Below are positions 31,125-42,089 of a stretch of 64,000 nt of DNA, piece by piece. Below the pieces are notes generated by a model. That model did no database searches. It was not told where the DNA came from and worked only from the letters and a program-made list of their open reading frames with translations. Numbering within the stretch: the stretch's first letter is position 1; every line of letters starts with the position of its first letter. The DNA lies in assembly GCA_965644315.1 (NCBI GenBank), contig CBFFRQ010000053.1, positions 434,001 to 498,000 of the forward strand, written 5' to 3'. Source of the DNA: Caecitellus pseudoparvulus (taxonomy: Eukaryota > Protista > Bigyra: Bicosoecida). Position numbers and translations under genes: made by a program.

Positions 31125-34100
31125 ATGGCGACGTTCAATGACCTGAATGCTGTGGCAGTGCCCTTGTGGTCGTTCCTGTCAGCCAAGGAGCTGTGGGAGG
31201 GGCCAAGGTGTGCTGCCAAAAGCACCTGCGCCAGTGTGATGCAGGTGCGAAGCGCGCCGCAGCCGCCAGAGCACTTGATGGCCCAGCACCCGTGCTCTCA
31301 CCACTTGCCACTCGCTCCCGTTACCAGGCTCTTGCGCTCAGCCCAAGTTTGGATTTCGGGGATGCCCAAGGCCTGGGCGACCGAGCTATTTGTGCTGTGC
31401 TGCTGTGAGTGCCAGGCAGCGGTCGCGTTGAAGTATCGTGCACTGCATGGGCAGAGCTGTGGGACACTGTGGTTCATTTGCCCTTGCCACAGTTCTGGGA
31501 GGCGCCTTGACAGCATCAATGTCCCGGACTACGCTGGCTTTGGCGAGTGCGCGCTGGCGTAAGTGCAGGCAGTTGCGGAATATGACTTGTCTGGTCTGTA
31601 CACGCCTTGCACACCACGCGGTCCCTGCTGCTCAGGTTGGGCCTGGGTGTGCGCGGGAGACAAGTACCTGCCCTGACCATTTGCGTGAACGGGACTCTCT
31701 TGCCTCCAGGGCTGTTCTGGAGGCGATGCTTGCCTGCTCTTTTCCGGCGCAGTGTGCGGGCACTGTCTTGTGCTCCTGCAGCAACTGCCGCAACGCAGAG
31801 CGACAGCTCGGCGGCACCGAAGCGAGAGGCAGCCGACGAAGCAGATGGGCCTGCTTGTATGGGCACGCTGTGGGCCCGCGCCTGGCTGCAGTACTTACTG
31901 TGGAAGTTCAACTTGAACGGCACCTCTGCGCAAGCCATGTCCACACGGCTCTTGGAGACACTGCTGGCCATGCGCTACGCGCACCTGTGGGTGCGCCACA
32001 ATATCCGTGCAGAGGTCGTTGAACAGGAGAGCAAGGAATCATGTAGGGGTTCGTGGGAGCGACTGCACACATCGGAGGGAGTGTGGCGAGTGCGCCGGGG
32101 TCTGCCGGCTCTGCAGCCTCACGCTTTGGAGCTCCTGGTGGTTTGCTGCGTGTACGCTGCAGCGCGCCTCTCTGGCTTCTTCCTGCACATGAAAGACTTG
32201 CTGTCTGGCATCACTGCTGCATACGCGGACCCCTCTGTCGTCGATGTTCACGCTGACTCCTCGTCGGTGCCGCACGACCTCGCGCCGCTGTGGACACGCT
32301 CCCTGCGCTGCACCTTTCAGCACTATCGGTTGCTGCCCAGCGAGGGCACTGCGCCGACGCGGCGCCAAGTGCCACAGGGGCCAGACATCTTCGGTGACGA
32401 GGCTGGGCGGGCCGCAGCGGAGGAGGCAGAGGTGGTACCTCCTCTGCTGGCCCGCCCCCCGCGTTTTGCACACCCCTTCCAACAATTGCAGTGGCCGACC
32501 GCAGAGGGTCGCCCAGGACCAGCGCCGCCCTTGACGTCTTTGCTTCTGACTGCTGCCAGATCCTGGCGCCGCTTTTGCGCGTCAGGTGTGCAGCTGACGT
32601 GGGAATTTGCCCACCCAGCTCTGCTCAAGGACGTCATCCCGCCGCCCATGCCCTTGCAGCCAGGGCTGTCCACCATCTCAAGCCACAGCGCCCCCGAATC
32701 AGACTCTGACACCACCGATCGCACCAGCCCGGATGCACTCTTGCGACGACACGTCATGGGGGGAGCAGCTCTTGGTCGGCAGGGCACTGCCAACTCAGCA
32801 GCGTCAGGGTTCAGCCACGCCCGGCGCAGCAGCTCAACGAGCACTATGTCCCTGTCGCACCTGGGTGGTAGCTTTCGCTCAGGGGCAGCGTTCCCAGTTC
32901 CTGCTGAAGCCTTCGCCATGATGGCAGGGGATCCAGAGGAAGCCGCGAGCCTGCCGGAAGCCCCCCCACCTGCCCTGCTGCACAGATCCAGCAGCCCTTC
33001 CACTTCTGCTTGGCCTGGGGCGCTGCGACCGTCTGGTACTCTCCTCGCATGGCCCACCTCTGAGCTGGCAGCAACGTTCCGCGAGAGAGGCAACGTTGAA
33101 CAGCAGCAGCAACGGCATGAGGTGCATGAGGTGCAGGGGGCGGTGGATGCCTTGCCGCCCACTCCTGCTGGGGCTGAGCGCCTGCTGAGCCCCGGCACGC
33201 AGGTCGAAGTTGCGACTGCAAGTCACACACAGCCCGCCCTGGCGTCTCCCGCCCCCATTCTCCTGGGGGGTGAAGGCCCCTTGCCCCCTGCGCGCACGCG
33301 CCGCCAGCAGCCCCCCCCTCCGCCGCCCCCGCCAGCGAGGGAATCCCTGTCCATTGTATCCCAAGGCCCATCCCTCAGCAACCACACCGTCATGGAAGGC
33401 GGCAGTGGGGTGGACGGGGCCTCAGTAGGTGTCCCAGGCATGTCAGCAAGCCTGACGACTGAGTTGGAGGAGCTGTCACAGCGCTTCAGCAACCGCCTTG
33501 CGCCGCGCCCAGAGAGCAGCACCCACGAAACAGACACACCTCGGAACCTGAGAAGGACGCCACGTGCCGGGACAGCTCAGGGTATTGGTCATGCCGTGCG
33601 CCGGTCCTCCCTCGCCAGCGAGAGTGAGGGTGAAGGAGATGGCGGCAGCGGCGAGGACGTGGAGCCTACCGTGCCTCGAACTCAAGGGACTCTCCGCCGC
33701 ACACTGTACCCAGAAGCCCACCACCCCACCCTGCCAGATGCTGGGACTGGATTCCTCGTCGGCCGCACGCCCTCGTTCAACCGTCGGAGTAAGGACGCTG
33801 CTGCCTTGCTTGACATGCCGACCCCCCTCCGTTTCTCGCTCAGCACCAGCACGGAGAGCTGGAACCAGCAGCGGGCCCAGCGCCCTGAGGACGCGCCGCC
33901 TCCAGGAAGCCCCCTCGCCTTGTCCAGTGTGCCATCGCAAGAAGACCAGCCGCAGTTGGCTGCTCCAGTGCTGGTGCAGGACGGGCGCCTGCTGGTCCCC
34001 ACCCAGGACGGAGGCTTCCTCCCCATGCCACGAGGCTTGCCTGTGGACGCACTGCTGCTGCCGGCATGTGCGGAGGCGACACCAAGCGAGAGCGAGTCGT

Positions 34101-35587
34101 GGTACGAGACGGACGCAAGCGGGGCCGTCCTGCCACACACTGTGGACCTATACGGTGCGCTGGCGGCAGGCTTGGGCCTGCACCCGCCCCCCTCCCCACC
34201 CCTTGACGCCGAAGGGCTGCCCTCGGCAGTGCCCTTGCCGAGTGCAGACAGCAGCTCGACAGCCTGCCCTGAAGGCAGCCTGGCTGCCCTTGCTTCCCCT
34301 GGCCAAGTTCCGCGGACGGGGGGCACGCTGCAGTCTCCAAGCCCTGCCAGTCGCCCCCGCACAAAGCAGCAAGGCCTGAGCAAGCCTCGTCAATTGACTC
34401 GACGGTCTGCGTCCCTCCCCACGCTGCAGTCCAAGCCGGCTGTGGCGGTGCTTGGGGGCGTGCCCGTCCCAGGCACTCCACGAGGTGACCCCCCTCTGCC
34501 GAGGGAGCCTCCCGGGCGGACCTCGTATGGCGGACACGCCTGGAACTTGGTGATGACTGCAGCGGCAGGAGAGCACCACAGTGATCCTGATCACAGCGCT
34601 TCCCCAGTGTGTATCCCTCGCGCGCCACCGCGCCTACTGGCGGCGACTCCCTCTCCAGGTCGCCCGCCTCTGCCCTTGCCTGCCCGTGCGAGCCTGGGCA
34701 CAGGACACACCTACAACCTGGCCACAATTCCAGGCTTAACGGACGAGTTTGAGGCTGCCCCAGAAGGTGATGAGGGTGTCACGCGCAGCGCCTCTCAGGG
34801 CAGCAGCGACGGTGTGCAGCAATCTGTGCCCCCGCCCGCTGCCCGGGCAGACTTGAGGCTTGTCACGGGCGGACGGGGGCAGCACAGCTCGTCAGCCAGG
34901 GCTGAGTCCGACGCCAGCGTCTTACCCACTTCAACACCAGGGCTTGCTGACGAAGAAGAGTCAGACGTGGGCTTCCAGCCCCCTCGCCACCGTCTCACGC
35001 GCCAGGAGGGTGTGGAAGACAGCACCCCAGACCAGCCGCCAGGGTGGCTTGACGACGCGGGGGAGGACGTACCCCCACCCCCGCCACCAACTCTTCGCGG
35101 CATCACTGCACCCCCTGCGCTCACCCGCCAAGCCCCAATGGGCACCGGTATCTCCCAGCCAGACGCTGACATCCTCGCAGCATCCCCTTCCAATGGGGCG
35201 CTTCCGTACAGCGACCCCGCTGACCTGCCCACGGCTCCTGCCATGCTAGAGCCTTCTGAGCCCTCAGAAGGCAATTGGTCTGTCGGGAGCCTGGATCTCC
35301 TCGGTGGGGGCCTGCGTGGGGGCTTGGCGTCGGCATCGCCTCCGACAACCGCGCAGGACAGCCAAGCTGGCGTCCCACCCCCACCACCCCTGCTACTGAC
35401 TGGCGCAGACGTCTCACCTGCGCCACCTGCACGGCCTTCTGCAGCAGGCGCGGGAACAAGTCCACGGCTTGCCCAGGGCCCATCAACTCCAGACCTGCAC
35501 GGCAGTGTAGCGGACTACTACCGAACGGTCTTTGTGCCGCATGTGTCCCAGCTGCTCGCTTGGCTGGAGTCATTTGCGCGGCCATGA
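31125..35587 (+). CDS. F-box/LRR-like protein fused to a split retinoblastoma pocket-B (cyclin-fold)-like domain (~1404 aa; introns 31245-31327, 31405-31492, 31559-31635)
   Basis: Three canonical introns give one continuous frame. N-terminus FNDLNAVAVPLWSFLSAKELWEGPRCAAKS is F-box-like, and LDFGDAQGLGDRAICAVL / LDSINVPDYAGFGECAL are LRR-like. HALELLVVCCVYAAARLSGFFLHMKDLLSGITAAY and the terminal DLHGSVADYYRTVFVPHVSQLL resemble Rb pocket B. Confidence 0.7.
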
Positions 35588-36188
35588 TGGCACTCTGCAG
35601 TCAGCAGCAATTCATTTGCTTTGTCAAGCTGTGCCCGCTCAACCTTGGGCAGCATTGTCGAGAGCGGTGCCGCCTTTCCCCTGCACCGACACAGGTGGCG
35701 TTGCTGGCGGCCCCGACTGGCTTGGCTGGCTGCGGCACGGACGTTGCGTGGCGGCTTCAACGCAGCCTGCCCGCCCTGGCACCCGGGAGCTGTACATTGC
35801 CACCGAGTACGTGCAAGTGTCCGTGCAAGGGCAGCGCACCCCACGCACACCTGGCTTGTTTGCTGTCGTGCCAGCGCTTTGCTGCACTGCACTTCCAGCA
35901 TCGAGCGCGGCGCCACGCTCGCACGCGTCGCTGGGGCCGGCTGCTGCGCCGGTGGTACGTCGCTCAGTACCAGATGTACATAGATGTGCCTGCATTGGCT
36001 TTCAGGCTCCGCAGCACTGTGTCAGCGCGTGTCGGGCAGCCTTCAGGCTCACTGCTGCTGAGCATGGCGGCCGCCTGCACAGTGGGCCGTGCTGTGGCCG
36101 CGAAGGCTTCACAGATGTGCTGCATGTCACACCCCACGCCCATGTGCTCCTCAGGTTCTTGGCGTGACTGGCAGCGCTCGGCTTTGCC

Positions 36189-39100
36189 ATGTCCTCGCGC
36201 GGCGTCAAGGCTTGGCGCCGCAGTCAGGATGCAAGCGGGCACGTAACGTACACCAACACGAGTACGTGGCAGCGCACGCTCTCACACGAGAAGCCGCGCC
36301 AGATAGCAGTGTCTGTGCTTCATTGGCCTGGCCTGGTCGCCCGCTCGAGGTCCATGCGTTCAGGGCTGTAGGACACTGCAGCAGCTCGTCGGCCTGGCAG
36401 GCCGCAGCGACACTTCTCTGCTTTCACTGCCACTTTCCGTGCGCCCTGCACAGGCACCGGCGAGACCACTTCGGCGCGCCCAGCTGATTACTCATCAGAC
36501 GAGGAAAATCCTGGTGGTGCAGTGCTCACGAACCCTCTGCACTCTTCAGGCTCTGCGCGGGATGTGGCGGCAAGCGCAGTTGCGGATGGGGAGGATGACG
36601 AGGATTTCCGCGCTCTCATGGCCCGGACACAGCCGGGTGACACGTGGGAGATGGTGCGAGACGACACCTATGGGGAGTTCTACTTCTTTAATGCCCGCAT
36701 GCGCGAAAGCACTTGGATTCGGCCCACCGTGGGCAAGGTGCTGGACAAGCGCACCTCCCGCAAGAGTCAAGTCGTGCGCCCCCGCAACTTGTCCGGGAGC
36801 CCTGGCTCCATGTCCACCCGCAAGGTCGGTGGCGGGCTTGCCCCTCTTGCTGAAGAGCAGCCTGCCGCTGCAAGTAGCGCGGGGAAGCGAGTGCCCGCCG
36901 CTGCCTCAGACGCCAAGCGGGGTCCAGTGCCTGGCAAGGGCGCTGCCGCGCAGAAGGGGGCAGGTGCGCTTCCCCATGGCGTGTCTGGTGCTACCTCCGC
37001 CAAGTTCCTTGCAGTCATGATGCAGGCTGCGTGTAAGGATGCAAAGACGGAGGAGGAACGGCTGGCCAAAGCTGCGGGGGTCATGAAGAACTTTGCGGTG
37101 GGCAAGCGCCTGATCAAGTGGGCACGCAACGCTAAGAAGCGGCGCAACGAGATCCAGACTAATTTTGAGCTGACCAGCGAAGAGGACAGTATGAATGGCG
37201 CCTTGCCTGTCCGGGAGATGGTGCAAGTCATGTACTCCATCCGCCGTGATCGCACGGTGGTGGATGCCGTCATCTTTACCGTGTACACGCTCGTGTTCGT
37301 CGCCATCATTGGGCAGCTGTACAACGTAAACATGGCCAACAACACCAATGCTGCGATCATGGACTTGTTCCTCGACGAGGAGTTCCCGGGTGCACAGTAC
37401 AAGAAGAACTTCTTCGAAATCATGACCATGGGGGAATTCTGGACGTGGCTGCGGGGGCCTGTCGCGGGCGGCTTGTACCCTGATGAGTGGTACAATGGCG
37501 ACGCGTATACAGAGTCGGAGGAAGGCTACATCTTGAATTACCTACGCTTGGTGGGCGGGGTGCAGCTGCGTCAAGCCCGGGTGTCGGATTCCTCCTGCAC
37601 CGAGCGGCGGTACGTGGACAGCGTCCTGCCTGATCCAACGACGGGGGAGAAGCTGCCGCGGTTTGACACGAAAGATGAAACGTGCTACGCTGAATTTTCC
37701 ATCGCCCGCCAGGACACCAGTCCATTCGGCCCCAACGGTACCGCAAAGTATTTCTGGAGCGACGGGTGGCATTCCCTGGATGGGCTGTACGGGTGGGGGC
37801 CGAGCTATGGCGACGGCGGGTACGTTGTTGAACTGCCCGTGAACCGCACAGCAGCCTTGGCGAAAATTGAGGAGCTCTACGAAGACCGCTGGGTGGATGC
37901 TGGCACTCGGAGTGTGATGGTCATGTTCAACGTGTACAACACCAACACGCGCATGCTGACCGTCGTGCGGCTGCTGGTCGAGTTCTTCCACTCTTCGTTC
38001 GTCGTGAAGTCATTCAAGTTTTTCTCCCTGCAAATGATCATTTACGAGAGTGTAACGGACAATTTCCGCGCTGTGGGGGAGGTCATCTTCTTCTTGATGT
38101 ACTTGTACTACATCCAACGCACACTGCGTGAATTCGTAGCATGGAACCCAATTTGGGCGTACCCCTTCCACTTCCGCCATGCCTTCGAGATCACGCGGTT
38201 GGTGCTGACGACGACGCTGTTCGTGAACTACTTCACTTTTGTGGCATCCCCCGTGAGGAACACCTTCACAGTGAACGCGACAGGCTTCTCAGACATGTAC
38301 GACTTCGCAGAGGCGTACATCAACACGTTCACGCTGGCAGGCGTCATCGGTGTGCTGCACGCGCTGAAGTTCTTCGAGTACCTTGCGCTGAACAAGCGCA
38401 TGAACACCTTGTGGATCACCCTCGGCCGCGCTGGCAGCGACCTCATGGCCTTCGTTGTGGGGCTGCTGGTGATTGTGACGGGGTTCGCCTTCATGGGCAT
38501 GCTTATTTACGGCTTCATCCTCCCTGACTTCCACAACTTTGCCTCTTCGTTCTCCACCCTCCTTAGGTTCCCTCTGGGTGACTTTGACTACCGCTCGTTG
38601 ATCCAGTCGCGCCCAGCCGTCACAGCGGTGTTCTTCACTTTGTATGTGGCCGTCGTGTTCTTGGTGTGCATGAACATGATCATTGCCATCATCACCAAGT
38701 ATTACGAAGAAGTGCAGACCCAACTGGACACCACCGACAAGTGGAAGCTGTCAGTGCTCACTTTCGAGGCGTACGCTTTCATGCGCCTGAATGCCAAGGC
38801 GACGGCCTGCTGCAGACCTTGCAACAACGCCTCGCGACGCCGCCGGGCCCTGAAAAAGTTGACTGCCGAGCACAGCGCAAGCAGCGCTTCCCCTGCTGCG
38901 GCTGCACGGGACCCCTCCAAGTCTGTGCACGTGCAAGTGGACAACCCCATCGCCCGTGGAAAGGCCCCCGATCAGGGCAAAGGTGCCGGGGGTGCCGCTG
39001 ATGACACGATTAGCGTCAAGCGCAGGGTGTCGTTTGCGTCCATGGCTGAGCTTGAGAAAGCGCTCCGCAGAGAAGAGGAGAGCGATGCCCGGCAGCACAG

Positions 39101-40070
39101 CACGTGGAAGGCGGAGTCGCGTTTCACAGCTGCCATGGCGGCCGTCATGCACACCGCCAAGAAGGAGCGCTCCCTGGACCTGTACGCGTACTTAGACAAG
39201 CTTATGGAAGCCTCTGCCAGCGACCACATGTACATTGCCGTTCGCGAGCTGCGGTACCTGGTGCTCAAGAAGCCCGCCAGCACAAAGCCTGTGAAAGACG
39301 TAGTGCTGCAGCTGTACACTGCCTACAGGAAGTGGAAGCATGTCACCATCGTGGGGGATGCCATCCGCCACATGCCAACGGAGGCATTCACCCTCACCAA
39401 CGAGTCTCTGCGGCGGTACCATGTCGTCAAGGTGAACACCAAGAATGCTGTGAAGCACGACCGCATCATGGTCATTGACCCTGCTAACTGCACCCTCTTG
39501 AACTTCGACCGGTCCATGCGACTGAAGAAGAAGTTGCCCTTGATCCAGCTGCTGCAGATTGAGACGATGGTGGCGGACCCGCTGCGGGTGAACTTGATCT
39601 TCTCCTCGGAAGGCAGTCGGGGCGCTGTGGCCCGGGACGAGGTCATGGACCGGCTGCTGGAGGTCACGTACGGCCTGTACTTCAACAATGAGAAGGACCG
39701 CGACGCAATGATCCGGGACATTCTCGGGGCACAAGGCAACTTTGACCGGGTACTGGACTACTCCGTGGGGCGCGGCAGCAGCGGCAAGAGCAAAGTGCTC
39801 AAGCGCCGCAACAGCATCATTACCAAGCTTCACAGGCACAAGGCCACCCAGAAATACGAGCAGCTCCTCAAAACAGGCCAACTTGGCGGTGGCGCAGCTG
39901 TCGCAGGGGGGCCTGGAAAGGGCAAAGGCAAGGGCTCTGACTTGCGCAGTGTGCTGCGGGGGGCCGTGGACGAGTCGCTCTCAGCCATGTTCCTGGCCGT
40001 CACCAAGCAAAGCGTCACCCTGCGCAACCTGCAGGCACAGATGGACGACATCCAGAGAAAGCTTCGCTGA
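36189..40070 (+). CDS. PKD2: Polycystin-2 (TRPP)-like channel with two N-terminal WW domains and a C-terminal PH-like domain (1229 aa; intron 36262-36453)
   Basis: Polycystin-domain motifs FWTWLRGP, RLVGGVQLRQARV, YGDGGYV and WVDAGTRSVMVMFNVYN. Six-TM region with FHNFASSFSTLLRFPLGDFDY and FLVCMNMIIAII. WW1 WRRSQDASGHVTYTNTSTGETTSARP spans the intron; WW2 is WEMVRDDTYGEFYFFNARMRESTWIRP. Confidence 0.9.
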
Positions 40071-40298
40071 ACTCGCGGTCTGACCTGCTTGTGCGTGTGG
40101 TGAGTGTTCCAGGTAGTGCTGCTGTGCGTGTGGCCAGGGCGGTGCCAAGGTTGTATGTTGTGCGTGGCCTGCCTCTCTCTGTTCAATACAACAAGCTGTT
40201 TCCACCTTCAGACGCGTGTGCATTCATCCAGGGTGCGGCACACGCACTGCGAAAGAGTGACATTACTTGAACAGGGCACGGAGCTGGGGGGGCTGGCC

Positions 40299-41843
40299 TC
40301 ACCCCAGACTGAGGCTGTTGGGGGTGTACGGCGTGCCACGGGAGTGGTCTTCTGCCAGCACGGTGCGGAAGACATCCACGACAGCGGTGTTACCACTGAC
40401 AAGCAAGTTGAAGTCCCGGTTCGTGTCCTGCCAGTAGGAGGAGGAGTAGGGAGGGAAGGTGCCGTCTGGCGCGACAACGGCTGGGTAGTCAGTGGGGGAC
40501 CAGTTCCCCGTGGACAAGCCCAAGCGAACGCCATCCACAATCCAGAACTTCTGGTGCGAGTAGGAATAATAAGAGGGTGCCAGCTGCACAGCGATGCCCT
40601 TGGGCAGGAGGGTGTTGTAGCAGGCGTGCGCTTTGTCCAGGTCATCGTGGGAGACAATGGTGGGGGACACTGTGAGCGTCACATTCACACCTGACGCAGA
40701 CAGCTTCTGCAGCAAGGTGCAGAGAGTTGGGTCAGTGACTTGGTAAATGAAGAGCTCAAAGGAGGAGCGGGCGCTCTGCACGTCTGCCAGGAGAGAGTCC
40801 TGCGCCTTGTCGGGAGAGGCGAAGACAGTCACTGTCGAATCGCCAGGGATGACCTTGGGTGCCGCCGTCTTGTACGCGTTGGGAAAAGGGTGGGGCGTCG
40901 GCATCACGACCGGGTAAGGCTCCTTTGAAGTGATGGTGCGCCACTCATCGTAGGGGTATGTCTGGTTCACCACATAAGGAGTGCCCTGGATGAAGTCGGC
41001 GTCGAAGGTGGCTGTCATCATGTCCATGAGCGGAGCGGCCGCCTTGCCGGACATGATCAGGCCCGCCTCGCGATTCAGGTTGAAGGAGGTGAAGGAGAAA
41101 TTCACGCTGGACACCGCCGTGGTGTTGCCGTTGACGTGGATGTACTTGGCGTGCATGAACGTCGTGGAGGTGTAGTACCGAATCTCGATGCCGTTGAGGG
41201 CCAAGTAGTCCAGCGGCGCAATGTACCCTTCACATGTCGGCGTGCCGTAGTCATTGGTCAAAAGGCGCACTTTCACAGCCTTGCCGTGCACGGCATTCAG
41301 CAGGGCAGGAAAGACAGGGAAGGTCTCCTCCGCTGCCTTGTACGGCTTACAGCCTGTGCACTGCCCATACATGTCATCGTCCACTCGGTGAGTGCACTCA
41401 GTCCAGGAGTCAAATCCTGGTGTCGCAATGTCCAGTGTGCTGTACGGCGTCGCCGACTCGATCAAGTCAATGTACGTCTGCGGGAGCACCAAGCGCGCTG
41501 GGGGTGCAGCGGCACTGCACTTCACTTCAAAATCCGCGGCGAGCCAGCTACGGCAGCCATGTGGGACAGCTGGGACGAACCTGGATGCTCCAGCCAGGAG
41601 AAAAGAAAGGCGTCAGGTTCAGCTCCCCTGATGCCGTCACGGGGAAGTGGCTGGGCTTGTACGGCCTGCAGAGACAGGAACGCAGATCGCACCGCGTGAA
41701 ACGCCATGTTACATGCCTGCCTGCGACGGGACACCTCGTCCAACGCACTCGCTCTGGTGGTCAAAGGGAGGATCAGAGTTATAAGCGTGAGCTGCAGTGA
41801 CCAGGGCCACGCCCACTGCGAGTGCAAAGCTGATGCTACGCAT
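40299..41843 (-). CDS. Secreted/lysosomal phospholipase-D-superfamily protein with two HKD-type motifs (452 aa; introns 41666-41748, 41478-41580)
   Basis: Signal peptide MRSISFALAVGVALVTAAHA. Motifs HAKYIHVNG...SSVNFS...NREAG and HQKFWIVDG...STGNWS...NRDFN. Confidence 0.88.
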
Positions 41844-42089
41844 GGTGTGCAGAATGCACGCTGCCGCGGTGTCGCGCCGGCTGGTGGTGGTAACTCTTGC
41901 TGGCACGTGCGTCTTGCACACGCGGAGGTCATTCCAGCGGCAAAGACACAGTGAGGGGGTTTCAGCAGTGGGGGATGTGGATTTAGATTGCTTGCTTCCA
42001 CTGTGCGCCCCTGCCATGGGGGCCGAGGGAGAACATTCCTCGGCCGCGTCTCCCGCAGCGTGCTTGCCAGCCGCTCGCTCGCCGCGCTC

